Shown here: piece after piece, positions 36,822 through 48,000 of the stretch
How positions within the stretch are numbered: position 1 is the stretch's first letter
Layout of the letters: each line of letters starts with the position of its first letter
Assembly (NCBI GenBank): GCA_041665845.1
Contig: JBAYIC010000006.1
Span: forward strand, 4,892-68,891
Direction: 5' to 3'
DNA from: Patescibacteria group bacterium
Lineage (GTDB): Bacteria; Patescibacteriota; Patescibacteriia; Patescibacteriales; UBA12465
Length of the DNA: 64,000 nt
Position numbers and translations under genes: made by a program
The notes under the pieces: model-generated
The model's database searches: none
What the model was told of the DNA's origin: nothing
The model's input: the letters and a program-made list of their open reading frames with translations, nothing else

Positions 36822-39173
36822 TTAATTTTTATATTTTTCTCGTATTTTTTTTAAATCTTCCTTATAAGGCGCTAATTGAATTGCTATTTCTATTTTTGCT
36901 AAAGCTTCATCCTTATTTCCTATTTCAAAATATAAAGCTGCTAAAGCAACTTGCCAATTATAATCATTCGGATTAAGAATCGCCCCGTGAGAAACATATT
37001 TTAGAGCTGTTTCTAAATCACCGCGCAAATAATAAACATCAGCAATTTTTTTTAAAAGAGAATAATCTAAAGGCCTACTTTTATGAGCAGCCTTAAAAAA
37101 TATTTCCGCTCGATTATAATTCCTGCTAGCAAAATAAGCATCACCTAAACTGAGATAAATTATATACTTATAATTATGAATTAATTTACGATGTTCATCA
37201 TTTATTTTATTACTACTTAAATCGGGAAGATTAATATCAACTTGTTGATAGGCTAATTCTGCATTTTTTAAATCTCCGCGCCTCATAAAATCACGACCCC
37301 TTTCCATATCAGCGAGAGGCCAATTGGGAGCTAACTTCAGAATTAATTTAAAATATTCATCCGCCGTTTGATAATTCTCTAATTGACTAGCTATTTTAGC
37401 TTTAAGCAAGATATTCTTATAACCTGAATCTGATAAATTATCAGAAATTTCCGCCAATTTTTGTTTAACCTTATCTTTTATTAAAGGATCTTGAATTTCA
37501 TCCAACTGATTACTTAAATTATCACCAACAAAGCTATCGCTGAATTCTCTTTGTATTTTATTAATTTGCATTTTCCGGAGATAATCATGAGAAATTATAA
37601 TTTGAGTAAGATCCCCTTTTCCCAAAAGAACATAAATATTATTAAGATAAGCATCGGCGATTAAAGATTCCGTATTCTTAGTAATTTGCCAAATAGAAAC
37701 ACAAAAAATAATAAACGCTAGTAACAGTTTAAACCATTTTTGGCTATTTTTATTTTCAGAAATTAAATTTATAGATTCGCTTCTGTTTTCTGATTGAAAA
37801 CTAATAGCAGCCAAAATAGCAAAGAATAGCCAAAAATAAACTTCAGTTGCAACTACGGAAAAACTAAACAACAAGGAAATTAAATAACTTAAAGCACCAA
37901 ACGTTAAAGCTAAAACAAGCGGACGATTAACCGTTTTTTTAATTTTAAACAAAGCTAATTTAAAAAAGGAATAATACCAAAAAGAAAACATGATTAACCC
38001 TAAAATACCGGTGTTAAGCATGATATCGAGCACTAAATTATGAGCGCGATCAGTATTGGAACTAACATTAGCATACGCGCCCCAATCTCTTTCATAATAT
38101 TTAATAAAAACTTCACTTCCATTTTCTAAACCATAGCCAAAGAATGGTTTAGCGATTATGGCATTAGCAGCGGCTTGAAAAAAATTAACTCGAACAGCAA
38201 AACTACCATTTTTAAAATCGAAAGACTGATGCAGGCGTCCAGGAGTAACAGTCTCAACTATCAAAAAACCAAATAAACCGACCAGAACTGCAACGGCAAC
38301 TACTAGCCCCTTGGCTTTGCCTTTTAAATTAGAGGCAAAAAAAAGATAAATAATGAACATCCCGGTAGTTAAAGCTAGGGCTAACAAGCCACCGCGGCTT
38401 GAAGTCATAAAAAGGCAAATTATTTGAGAAACAGTAATCAAAATGTACAGCGATTTAATCAAAAAATGACGGCTAGAATAAAAAAGATAAGTACTTAAAG
38501 GAATAGTTAATAGAAGAAACGAAGCTAAAAAATTAGGTTGACCCATTGTTGAGAGTGTTCGTCCAGTTAAATAAGGCGGTTCCGGTAAACTAACAAAATC
38601 GAGATTAAAAATCTGTAAAATTCCATAAACAGAAACCAGGAAAGCCGAGACGGAAGCAACTATCAATATTCTTCTAATTTTAATATTTAACAGGGCGAGA
38701 TTTGCTTCTGATTTATTTTCCTTGACTAAATTAATAAAGACTAACAAAAACCAAAAAAAATAAAAAAAGTAACTAGTTACGCCCTGTAATCTTTCATAAG
38801 AGCCGAAAAAACTCTGCTGATAATTAATAGAAAAAAATAAAGATATGAGTAGATAAACAATTAGCAAAACTGGAATTATAAAATATTTTTTAAATATTTG
38901 AATCCCAACATCCCTCTTCATCCTCGCAAAAATAGCATGAGTCGGAAAAAATATTAGCTTCACACTAGTGAAAAAAAATAAAGCCCAAACTAGCGATCTA
39001 AAAATGATTATTTTGTTTAATTCAAAAATATTAAAAGTCGGGAAGAAATAGGCAAACCAAATAGGGACCAAAAACACTACCATTAAATAATTAAGCTCTA
39101 TTATTTGATCTAAAATAGAGGCTAATGATAATCGGGTAGCTAAAAATCGAGTAGATAAAATAGAAATTTTCAT
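36822..39173 (-). CDS. O-antigen-ligase-like (Wzy_C) polytopic membrane protein with C-terminal TPR repeats
   Basis: More than 10 TMs, TSSRGGLLALAL and DRAHNLVLDIMLNTGILG blocks. The C-terminal ~270 aa are TPR-like. Start at 39173 (MKISILS) or 39212. Confidence 0.75.
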   Translation of the reverse strand: MKISILSTRFLATRLSLASILDQIIELNYLMVVFLVPIWFAYFFPTFNIFELNKIIIFRSLVWALFFFTSVKLIFFPTHAIFARMKRDVGIQIFKKYFIIPVLLIVYLLISLFFSINYQQSFFGSYERLQGVTSYFFYFFWFLLVFINLVKENKSEANLALLNIKIRRILIVASVSAFLVSVYGILQIFNLDFVSLPEPPYLTGRTLSTMGQPNFLASFLLLTIPLSTYLFYSSRHFLIKSLYILITVSQIICLFMTSSRGGLLALALTTGMFIIYLFFASNLKGKAKGLVVAVAVLVGLFGFLIVETVTPGRLHQSFDFKNGSFAVRVNFFQAAANAIIAKPFFGYGLENGSEVFIKYYERDWGAYANVSSNTDRAHNLVLDIMLNTGILGLIMFSFWYYSFFKLALFKIKKTVNRPLVLALTFGALSYLISLLFSFSVVATEVYFWLFFAILAAISFQSENRSESINLISENKNSQKWFKLLLAFIIFCVSIWQITKNTESLIADAYLNNIYVLLGKGDLTQIIISHDYLRKMQINKIQREFSDSFVGDNLSNQLDEIQDPLIKDKVKQKLAEISDNLSDSGYKNILLKAKIASQLENYQTADEYFKLILKLAPNWPLADMERGRDFMRRGDLKNAELAYQQVDINLPDLSSNKINDEHRKLIHNYKYIIYLSLGDAYFASRNYNRAEIFFKAAHKSRPLDYSLLKKIADVYYLRGDLETALKYVSHGAILNPNDYNWQVALAALYFEIGNKDEALAKIEIAIQLAPYKEDLKKIREKYKN

Positions 39174-39244
39174 ATCTATATTATAGCAAATAAAAAAGAG
39201 GCTTGAAAACAAGCCTCCTTTTTTTGCTTGACAGATAAAAATGA

Positions 39245-40165
39245 TTAAATTTTTCTGGTAGCTTTATGCGTTAGATTATTCCAAATTACCAAAATTGGAC
39301 TAGCAATAAAAATGGAACTATAAGTACCGACAAAGATACCAATAAGTAGGGCTAAAGAAAAATCTTTAATTGTACTACCGCCAAAAATAAAAATAGCTAA
39401 AAGAGCGAGCATGGCTGAAAAAGAAGTATTAATTGAACGCGCCATGGTTTGATTAACACTAGAATTAATGGTATTTTCAAAATCATCATTACTCTTAGGA
39501 AGCGTCTCTCTAATACGATCAAAAACAACAATGGTATCACTCACGCTATAACCTAGAACCGTTAAAATCGCCGCGATAAAAGGCGTATTAATTTCAATAT
39601 TATAGAAATGTCCTAAAACAGCGAAGGCACCGAGAGTTATCAAAACATCATGAGCTAGAGCAACAATAGCAGCAACCCCGTACTTCCAAGAAGAAATCGG
39701 CTTAGATACTTTCTTAAAAGCTAAAGAAATATATAGAATGATCATGATCAAAACAATAATCGAGGCATTAAAAGATTTACTTTTTAATTCCTTACCGATT
39801 GATGGTCCAACAGCATCAAGCCTTAATTCTTTGAAAGTTGCCCCTTCTTTACCAACAGTTAACGCACCGAGCTTAGAAAGAATCTCCTGATGAGTTGTTT
39901 CGCTTGCATCTTTAAAGCGTAAAACAAAGGTTTGGTCAGTAGTTGGTTGAATAGTTAGATTATTCAATTTCGTATCCTTTAAGCTATCCTGCAACTCAGT
40001 TATCGTCGGTTGATAGTTTTTAAATTCTACTTCTAGCAAACTACCACCCGTAAAATCAACTCCGAAATTAAGCCCCCAGGTAAACAAAGCGGCGATTGAA
40101 GCGGCAATCATTAAACCAGAGATGCTTAAAAAAATGTTTCTCTTTTGAATTATCCGATAGGTCAT
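39245..40165 (-). CDS. secF: protein translocase subunit SecF
   Basis: GLNFGVDFTGGS and a C-terminal 6-TM core with VVFDRIRE. Confidence 0.9.
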   Translation of the reverse strand: MTYRIIQKRNIFLSISGLMIAASIAALFTWGLNFGVDFTGGSLLEVEFKNYQPTITELQDSLKDTKLNNLTIQPTTDQTFVLRFKDASETTHQEILSKLGALTVGKEGATFKELRLDAVGPSIGKELKSKSFNASIIVLIMIILYISLAFKKVSKPISSWKYGVAAIVALAHDVLITLGAFAVLGHFYNIEINTPFIAAILTVLGYSVSDTIVVFDRIRETLPKSNDDFENTINSSVNQTMARSINTSFSAMLALLAIFIFGGSTIKDFSLALLIGIFVGTYSSIFIASPILVIWNNLTHKATRKI

Positions 40166-40201
40166 ATTTTTTATTATTATCTTAAATGATTAAGGCGCCG
40201 C

Positions 40202-41788
40202 TTATTCAGCTTTTGCCTTTTTTACCCCTAATAGCCATCTTCTTTTTTCTAACCATTGGTCCAAAACTAGAACACATAAAACTCTAGTAATAACTATCGC
40301 ACTAAAAAGAGAAACAGAAATACCAATAAACAAAGTAGTTCCGAAGCCCTGAATCGAAGAAGTCCCGAAAAACATCAAAATCAAACAAGTAATAAGCGTT
40401 GAAATATTTCCATCTCTAATTGAAGGCCAGGCTCGTTTAAAACCATCAGCGACCGACTGATTAATTGATTTGCCTTGTTTTAGTTCTTCTTTAGTACGGG
40501 CAAAAATAAGAATATTAGCATCAACCGCCATCCCCATCGATAATATCAAGCCCGCGATACCGGATAAAGAAAGGGTCACTGGCTTAAGGGCATAGAAAAA
40601 TAATAAAATACCAATAACCGCAAAAAATAGGGCAAGCGAACTACTGAAAATTTTGATTTCATTAAAAGTGTAGAAAATCAAAGCAATCATTATAAAAATT
40701 AAAGGTAGGGCTACTCCAACCGGAATAGCTTTAAAAATAGCAAGCATTGTTACTCCATAAACAAAGAGGGATAGAACTGAGAGCAACCCTGGTAAACGAT
40801 ACATAACTATCATGAAAACAGAAACTAAAAGTAATCCAATGAGACCAGCTTGCAAACTATTCTGAATTGATTTAGAGCCTAAACTAGCTTCAACTGTTTT
40901 TTGAGAAACTAGAGTAACTGGTACCGGTAAGGCACCAGAATTTAAACGTTTAACCAATAATTTTGCTTCATCAATATTAAATTGTCCAGAAATGACTGCC
41001 TTGCCTCCGGTAATTTTTTCATTAACAGTTGGAGCACTAATAACATAGCCATCTAAAAAGATCGCTACCGGACGACCAACATTACGAGTCGTAATATCTT
41101 CAAACATCTTCGAGCCTTCGGCATTAAATTCTAAAGAAACTTCAGGAGTTCCATCTTGAGGGTTAAATTCTAAGACTGCCCTCTTTAAATACTTACCGGT
41201 AAGTTCGGTATTCTGCCAAAGATCAGCGGTATTAAGATCAATTGTTGTACTACTAGAGACGGCTTGAACAGTTGCAGCTTGAACATTTTCTTCTTTAAAT
41301 TCTAAAATTGGAGTTTCGCCAATCATCTGGATTGCTTCTTTTACGTCCTTAACACCGGCAAGCTCAGCAATAATACGATACTCACCATTACTTCCTTTAT
41401 TTACTTGGACATTCGGTTCGCTTACACCAAAAGCATTAACTCGACGTTCAATAACATCACGAGCCGATTCCATGGCGCCATCTCTGTCAGCTTCTGGAAT
41501 ATTGGTTACATTAGCTTCATAAACTAACTGCGTCCCCCCCTGAAGATCTAGGCCTAAACTAAAAGGTAATTCTTTAACAATCGGCATAACAACGATATTA
41601 TTCGTTTTATTTGCTAAAAACTTAGCAAAATTGTTATAGTAATTACCACCGGCGACTAAAGAAACCGCGATTGTAAACACAATAATTAAACCTAAAACCC
41701 AGCGTGTTTTAGTCTTAAAAGACAGTTTAGAAATTTTTTGTACAAATGACATATTGGATTTGAATAAAGCCGAAAATAACTTCGACAA
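40202..41788 (-). CDS. secD: protein translocase subunit SecD
   Basis: LGLDLQGGT, AVDANILIFARTKEE. Adjacent to secF. Confidence 0.9.
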   Translation of the reverse strand: MSKLFSALFKSNMSFVQKISKLSFKTKTRWVLGLIIVFTIAVSLVAGGNYYNNFAKFLANKTNNIVVMPIVKELPFSLGLDLQGGTQLVYEANVTNIPEADRDGAMESARDVIERRVNAFGVSEPNVQVNKGSNGEYRIIAELAGVKDVKEAIQMIGETPILEFKEENVQAATVQAVSSSTTIDLNTADLWQNTELTGKYLKRAVLEFNPQDGTPEVSLEFNAEGSKMFEDITTRNVGRPVAIFLDGYVISAPTVNEKITGGKAVISGQFNIDEAKLLVKRLNSGALPVPVTLVSQKTVEASLGSKSIQNSLQAGLIGLLLVSVFMIVMYRLPGLLSVLSLFVYGVTMLAIFKAIPVGVALPLIFIMIALIFYTFNEIKIFSSSLALFFAVIGILLFFYALKPVTLSLSGIAGLILSMGMAVDANILIFARTKEELKQGKSINQSVADGFKRAWPSIRDGNISTLITCLILMFFGTSSIQGFGTTLFIGISVSLFSAIVITRVLCVLVLDQWLEKRRWLLGVKKAKAE

Positions 41789-41856
41789 ACATTAGTAAAT
41801 AAACTCAAACTTGCCTTCATCTTAAGATAATTAAAAATAAAAATCAAGTCTTAACC

Positions 41857-41885
41857 TTTACAAAAAGACCAATTTTGTTTATAAT
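41857..41885 (+). promoter_or_regulatory. sigma70-type promoter upstream of clpP
   Basis: TTTACA, 17-nt spacer, TATAAT. Lies 69 nt upstream of the ATG. Confidence 0.5.
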
Positions 41886-41953
41886 AACTCTATTAAATCA
41901 AAAAAACGGCCAAAATGACCCCAAAGACCAAGGCCGAATTTAACTAAAAACCT

Positions 41954-42532
41954 ATGCCATTAATACCAACCGTGATTGAAAAAGAGGGCCAAGTAGAAAG
42001 AGCCTATGATATATATTCTCGTCTTTTAAAAGATAGAATAATATTTCTAGGAGAACCAATCGATGACCATACAGCTAACATAGTAATCGCTCAATTATTA
42101 TTTCTTGATGCTCAAGAGAAAGATAAAGATATTAAATTTTATATAAATTCTCCAGGCGGGTCGGTTACAGCCGGTCTCGCAATTTATGATACAATGCAAT
42201 ATATAAAATCGGATGTCTCAACTATCTGCGTCGGCTTAGCGGCTTCGATGGCTTCAGTTCTTTTAGCTGCAGGAGCACCTGGAAAAAGATTTGCGCTTCC
42301 AAATAGCGAAGTTATGATACATCAGGTTATGGGCGGAGCCGAAGGACAAGCTTCCGATATTAAAATTAGAGCCGAACATATCTTAAAAACTAAAGCAAAA
42401 ATGAATAAAATATTAGCTTTTCATACTAAGCAAAAAGAAGCGATTATTGAAAAAGATAGCGATCGTGATTATTTTATGAGCGCCGATGAAGCTCAAAAAT
42501 ATGGAATAATTGATAAAATAATCAGAAAATAA
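41954..42532 (+). CDS. clpP: ATP-dependent Clp protease proteolytic subunit
   Basis: [20 protein letters not shown] (catalytic Ser), MIHQ (His), [10 protein letters not shown]. Confidence 0.95.
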   Translation: MPLIPTVIEKEGQVERAYDIYSRLLKDRIIFLGEPIDDHTANIVIAQLLFLDAQEKDKDIKFYINSPGGSVTAGLAIYDTMQYIKSDVSTICVGLAASMASVLLAAGAPGKRFALPNSEVMIHQVMGGAEGQASDIKIRAEHILKTKAKMNKILAFHTKQKEAIIEKDSDRDYFMSADEAQKYGIIDKIIRK

Positions 42533-42559
42533 TAAAAAATATTTCAGTAGACTAAAAAA

Positions 42560-42584
42560 GACTCCATGACCGGAGCCTTTTTTA
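42560..42584 (+). terminator. terminator-like hairpin after clpP (flanked by A- and T-runs, possibly bidirectional)
   Basis: GACTCC-ATGACC-GGAGCC followed by TTTTTTATTT, preceded by AAAAAA. Confidence 0.45.
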
Positions 42585-42606
42585 TTTATTTCTTGCTTAT
42601 CAATGA

Positions 42607-43644
42607 TTAATTTAAAACTAAGGAATTAATTATTAATTTAAAAATATTAGGGTAGGCTACCCGGCCGCTAATCGATGGAATATAAGATACGACATAAATA
42701 TTTTCCCGATCCTTGCCCGTTAAATAAAAATTTAAACCATCCGTACCTAAAATTCCTTCCCAGTTACCGCTACTCTTTAAACGATCATTAGCAACCGTTT
42801 CACCAGAAAAAGTAGCTTCGTACCAAGTTAAAATATTTTGAATATTCGGATTACCGGAAACAGAAATTTGAATTAAAGAATTATCTGGCATTGAGATGAT
42901 TACGGTATATCCATTATTTAATGATTTTAACCCCCAACTTTCTGGATAATAAAGACTGTATTTCCCAACCTTATTATCATATTTAGTAGTTACTTCATTA
43001 GGATAAAATTTCTTATTGGCGGCGTTGGGACTATAGCCATTTTGCAATTCTGATAAATCAGCATAACCATCGGAATCACTATCAGTTAGCGCGGGATTAG
43101 TACCTAAAATTGCTTCTTCGTCATCAGTTAAACCATCTAGATCCGTATCTAAGAGGGGCGGCATTTTCAAAAACTCTTCATCGGTTGTGATCAATTCGGT
43201 TGAGGAAGCAGTTGAGGAAGCACTAGAACTATTTTCTAAATTTAAAATATTAGGATCAACCTCGGCGAGTGGAGTAGTGGTCGATTCAGTTGTGGTAGCG
43301 ACTGCAACCACTTCAATTTCCTTGACCGGCTCAATATTAGTAGCGGGGACAACTGAAACAACGTTGGGCGTAGTAATTTTTGGTTTAATTATAAAATAAT
43401 AACTTAAATAAATAAGTGTTCCTACTAAAATAATTCCGCCACCAATAATTAATCCACCAACTGCTTTAAAATTATTTTTTTTATCAACCGCTGATAAAAA
43501 TTGCGAACTGGAAGCTGATTTAGAAACAGGCGCAACTTTAAAAACTGATTGACTGGGCATGTTATGAACAATCAAATCTTGATCAACTTTATTTATAACA
43601 ACTTCATCAATTTTATTATTTTTCTGGCTACTTTTTCCTAGCAT
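42607..43644 (-). CDS. membrane-anchored protein with thrombospondin-type-3-like Ca-binding Asp motifs
   Basis: Cytoplasmic N-terminus, one TM, S/T-rich linker, then DTDLDGLTDDEEAILGTNPALTDSDSDGYADLSELQNGYSP. Confidence 0.6.
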   Translation of the reverse strand: MLGKSSQKNNKIDEVVINKVDQDLIVHNMPSQSVFKVAPVSKSASSSQFLSAVDKKNNFKAVGGLIIGGGIILVGTLIYLSYYFIIKPKITTPNVVSVVPATNIEPVKEIEVVAVATTTESTTTPLAEVDPNILNLENSSSASSTASSTELITTDEEFLKMPPLLDTDLDGLTDDEEAILGTNPALTDSDSDGYADLSELQNGYSPNAANKKFYPNEVTTKYDNKVGKYSLYYPESWGLKSLNNGYTVIISMPDNSLIQISVSGNPNIQNILTWYEATFSGETVANDRLKSSGNWEGILGTDGLNFYLTGKDRENIYVVSYIPSISGRVAYPNIFKLIINSLVLN

Positions 43645-43645
43645 A

Positions 43646-43852
43646 TTAATTAATTATGAGAAAGGCAGCGACAATAAACAAAATTAAGATTATTCCTCCC
43701 AATATAAACCAGAGCTTTAAACTCTTCTCACTGGTTTTAGGCATTGAATGGACGCCAATAGATAAACGAGACAACCTTAATCGGCCCGATTTAGTTGCTC
43801 TAACTTCATCTGCAGAAACTTGGTTAGGTGATTGTCCACTCTCATTCAGCAT
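43646..43852 (-). CDS. small C-terminally anchored membrane protein
   Basis: 68 aa. Its HSMPK motif echoes HNMPS in the next protein. C-terminal TM. Confidence 0.4.
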   Translation of the reverse strand: MLNESGQSPNQVSADEVRATKSGRLRLSRLSIGVHSMPKTSEKSLKLWFILGGIILILFIVAAFLIIN

Positions 43853-43863
43853 AATTTATTTTA

Positions 43864-44616
43864 TTACTTAACCAAACTTCCAGGCATTTTTCCGGCGCCA
43901 TTAGGATTATAGCCATTTTTTACTTCTTCACCATCAGGATAACCATCGCCGTCAGTATCGGCTAAAATAGGATTAGTTTTATAGATTTTTACTTCTTCAT
44001 AATCACTTAAGCTGTCCTTATCAGTATCAATTAAATTGATATTGGTCTTAGCAATCGCTTCTTCATCATCATTTAAGCCGTCAGTATCAGAATCAATTGG
44101 TAAAACAATGGCATTAGAAGAAGTTGTTTCGCCTGTTGGAATTGTTGTTAAATCAGTGGTGGTTACAATCTCCAGTCCAGGAGTAATTCCAGGAATATCA
44201 TTTACAAAAGCTGGTTCTTCATTTATCGGATTAGATGTAGTAGCAACGACAACAACATTTTCTTCAACCGGTTTGTTAACATTAGTCGTTTGATTAGTAT
44301 TATTAACTACGGTTGGCGTTTCAACTGTTGGTGTTGCTTTAAAAAATTTACTATACGCTAAAAATCCTAACAAGCCAACAATAATCACTACCATGGCAAC
44401 AACAGCAATTTTAAACCACTTACCACTACCCTTCTCTTCTTTTTCTATTCCATATTCAGGCGCCGGTGTTGAAGAAGCGGCTACACCGACTCTCCTGGTA
44501 ATAATTTCTGATCCATTTAATCGTTTTTGGTTATCGCCGGCTTGATCGGTTTCAGCGAAAATATCATCAACGGATTGACGATTAGATGGATTAGGATTGT
44601 TCAAATTTTCAAACAT
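43864..44616 (-). CDS. membrane-anchored protein with thrombospondin-type-3-like Ca-binding Asp motifs (paralogue architecture)
   Basis: One TM, T/N-rich linker, then DSDTDGLNDDEEA...DTDKDSLSDYEE...DTDGDGYPDGEEVKNGYNP. Confidence 0.6.
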   Translation of the reverse strand: MFENLNNPNPSNRQSVDDIFAETDQAGDNQKRLNGSEIITRRVGVAASSTPAPEYGIEKEEKGSGKWFKIAVVAMVVIIVGLLGFLAYSKFFKATPTVETPTVVNNTNQTTNVNKPVEENVVVVATTSNPINEEPAFVNDIPGITPGLEIVTTTDLTTIPTGETTSSNAIVLPIDSDTDGLNDDEEAIAKTNINLIDTDKDSLSDYEEVKIYKTNPILADTDGDGYPDGEEVKNGYNPNGAGKMPGSLVK

Positions 44617-44697
44617 ATTTTTGTTTATAAATTTTATCTTTTTATTATAACTGATAAGAAAAGTTTTAGCTAACTTTGAAAAATAAATTTTGGATTC

Positions 44698-45039
44698 TTA
44701 ATTAGCGGTTTTTTTTGGCTGGACCATGGTCGGATCGCCAATTCGAGACGGGTCAAGTACAATATCAGCGTCCTGTCTAATAATGCGATAGACTTCGGTT
44801 TCGCCTGTTTCATTCTTTTTTAAAACTTGAATTTTAGAATCTTCAGGAAGATTAAGTTTAGCTTTCTCGGCAGCGCTCATAAATTCAGGCGGAGATAAAT
44901 TTACTGGTTCGCTCAATTTAATACTTTCATCAAACGGCCCAGTTGATTTATTACTACGTGAAAAAAACAAAATCAATCCCGCGGCTATTATAACAACCAA
45001 TATTCCAACCAGAACAAATAACTTTTTTTTATTTAACAT
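44698..45039 (-). CDS. small N-terminally anchored membrane protein
   Basis: 113 aa with TM LFVLVGILVVIIAAGLILFF. Confidence 0.45.
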   Translation of the reverse strand: MLNKKKLFVLVGILVVIIAAGLILFFSRSNKSTGPFDESIKLSEPVNLSPPEFMSAAEKAKLNLPEDSKIQVLKKNETGETEVYRIIRQDADIVLDPSRIGDPTMVQPKKTAN

Positions 45040-45073
45040 AAATTTTCTAAATTATTCTAAAGTTTAGTTACTG

Positions 45074-48000
45074 TTATTTATGGCAATCATCGCTAGAATC
45101 CGATCCCGACGAAGAATATGGTTTTTTTCCACCATCTATACTAGAGCAGGCAACGCGAGAATTATAACCGGTACAGAAAAAATTAGTTTCACAAGTCTTA
45201 CAACCCGATTGACCAGTAGTATTATTATAAGTTCCGGCTGAACATCCTTTACAGCTGCCTGAATCATCGCCGCCATAAGAGTTGAGGTAAGTACCAACAG
45301 GACAAGGATCGATATTAGATCCACCAGTACAATAATAACCAGGGTTGCAAGAGTCACAACTTGTATTTCCGTATGAATTATTATAAGTTCCAGAACCACA
45401 TTCACTACAACTGTTTATATTAGTTCCTCCGGTTCCGCTACGATAATAACCAGGATCACAAGCAGTTTTATTAGTTTTACCGGTACAATAATGACCGGCA
45501 TCACATTGTTTACAGCTAGTATTAGCGGTTGTCGTATTATAAGTTCCGGCTTCACATTCACTACAACTGTTTATATTAGTTCCTCCGGTTCCGCTACGAT
45601 AATAACCAGCGCTGCAAGCAGTTTTATTAGTTTTACCGGTACAATAATAACCAGCATCACATTGTTTACAACTGGTATTCCCTTCCGTAGTATTATAAGT
45701 TCCAGCTTCACAATCCATACAGCTGGTATTTCCGGTAGTGTTATTATAAGTTCCAGCTGGACATTTAGTGCAGTTTCCTTGGCTAATTCCACTTATTTCT
45801 TTGCGAAAAGTACCGGCGGCGCAACCAATTTTGCTCGCCATGCCCACACAATAATAACCGGCATCACATTGCTTACAACTCGAATTACCCGTTGTTGAGG
45901 TATAAGTTCCGGGATCACATTTTTTCGCAGTTATGCCGTCTGAACAGGAAAAACCAACCGGACAAGTAGCGCAAACCCCCAACTCAATTGCAATATAACT
46001 ACCAATTTCGCAAGACGTTGGCGGTGGATTGGTATTGATAACACATTGATTATTAGTACAGGAATAGGCTGAATTAGAGCAAGAACAAATTCCACCACAA
46101 CCATTATCACCACAATAATTGGTCGGGCAAGATGGAGTACAAGAACCAGTATTATTATCAACACACGTTCCCTGAGTTATTACTTTCCATTCACAATAGG
46201 CAACTCCATTATTAGAAGAAGCAGAGGCGTTCGCGCAGACATTTTGGCCGCCAGAGTTTAGTTGACTGCACTCAGGACCATTAGTAGGTTTATTAGCGTT
46301 TGTTTTTTGGGTGCAACCAGTTACAGCGCCAACGCAAGTTTTTCCAGGAAGACAGTCTGTTGTAACATTACAATATTGAGTAGGCGGTTTTTTGACACAA
46401 TTTCCGTTAACATCTATAGAGCCATCGTTGGTTTTTGTACCAGTAGAACTGCAATCGTCCTGATAACAAAAAGTTTTCAAAATATTAGAATAGCATTCTA
46501 TATTATACCTTTCTCTATATTTAACACCAATACTTTGATCTACGGCACAATCACCACCATAGCCACCAACGACAGACTGTTTTTCATCCCAGTCTTGAAT
46601 ATGAGCGTAACTGCGATAACCAATCGGGCAATTATCGACAGCGTGACTCGAAAGATTACATTCTGGATTATCTCTTCTTACAACAGTACAACCACTTGCA
46701 GGAGACGGGTCGACCTCAACACTAGAGTGATTATTAGATCCTACCGGTTGGATACATGTTTTTATTGAACTAGCTGAAGTATCGGTTAAAATTGATGTGC
46801 TATATTCTCGATGTTTCCAATTAGAACCGTCTGCATTATTCCAGTGTGAATAATAAGTAACATTTGGCAAAACCGCATCTCCTTCTTCAACCACCAGTAA
46901 ATCACTCACTGGTTTAGACCAACATTGTTTCTCACATTGCCCCATACTACTACACTGATAGCCGGGATCACAAATAAATCCCTCACAATTACCACCCCCG
47001 CCTCCTGGAGGCAAAACTGGGACAGTGGAAGTTGTCGTCCCGCCTATGTTATTTAAATAAACGCTAGGATCACAATCTTCGGCACAAGTATCTTTATTTT
47101 CGAATAACAGTTCACAATAGGTATCACCGCAATAACCGCCGCCATCAAGCGGTGATTTAAAAATACAATAACTACTGCTAATAATAGGATTCGGAGTTTT
47201 AGCAATTGTCGTAGTGTTGCAAGCGTATTGTTTATTTTTATTACTTAGTTTTGGATCAGTAGTTGTATCTGCCGTTCCATCACAGGCTTCATGGCCATCA
47301 TTATAAACTCCGCCTCTACCTTCCGTATTGGGAGATGGGTTAGTATTAGAAGGCTGTTTGATACCATCACCGCAATAATTATTAACTTTCAAAATAAAAC
47401 TACTTGTAGCAACCGTCCCATATTCGTTAAACGCGTTGAATTTAATTTCTTGACCTGTAGTTTGTTGAGTTGTAGTTCCGGCTAAATACAGGAATTCAGG
47501 ATCAGTTATACCGACTCTTGTTTCTAACCCAGGAACAGAAGAATAGCTATAAGTAATAGCCTGATTCCCCTGCTTAACTAACCCCACGCGACAACTATAA
47601 TAATATCCAACTCGAGATTGACTCAAACAATCTAATTTTAGAGCTGGTTTATCAACTTGTAGTCGAATGACAAAATTATTAGCGGCTTTACCATCAACGA
47701 TAAGGCTATAGACTGTTTCCGTATCAGCCGTAAATTTAGTTGAGGTTGCAATAATTCCTTGATAAGTAATTTTTTTGTGATTTAAACCATCAGAAATTAT
47801 CGTTTCTTTGATGCCGTTCATTTTAAAAACATCAGGACCACTAAGCGGTTTCAAAATATAATTATTTCCGGAAATTGATAAACTATAATTAAACGGAATT
47901 AGCGGATCTAAACGATAGGTATATTCATCGGCCTGAGCAAAAGAAGTCGCCGGAACTATCTCGATTTCCGTTGTTGTTGAAATACTAGCCCCTTTATTAT

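Noticed and set aside
41907-41935. CtsR-like operator in the clpP leader (AATGACC-CC-AAAGACC inside a CGGCC...GGCCG hairpin)
   Set aside because: The repeat spacing is 9 nt rather than 10, and the half-sites deviate from (A/G)GTCAAA. No ctsR gene is seen. This is too weak to call.
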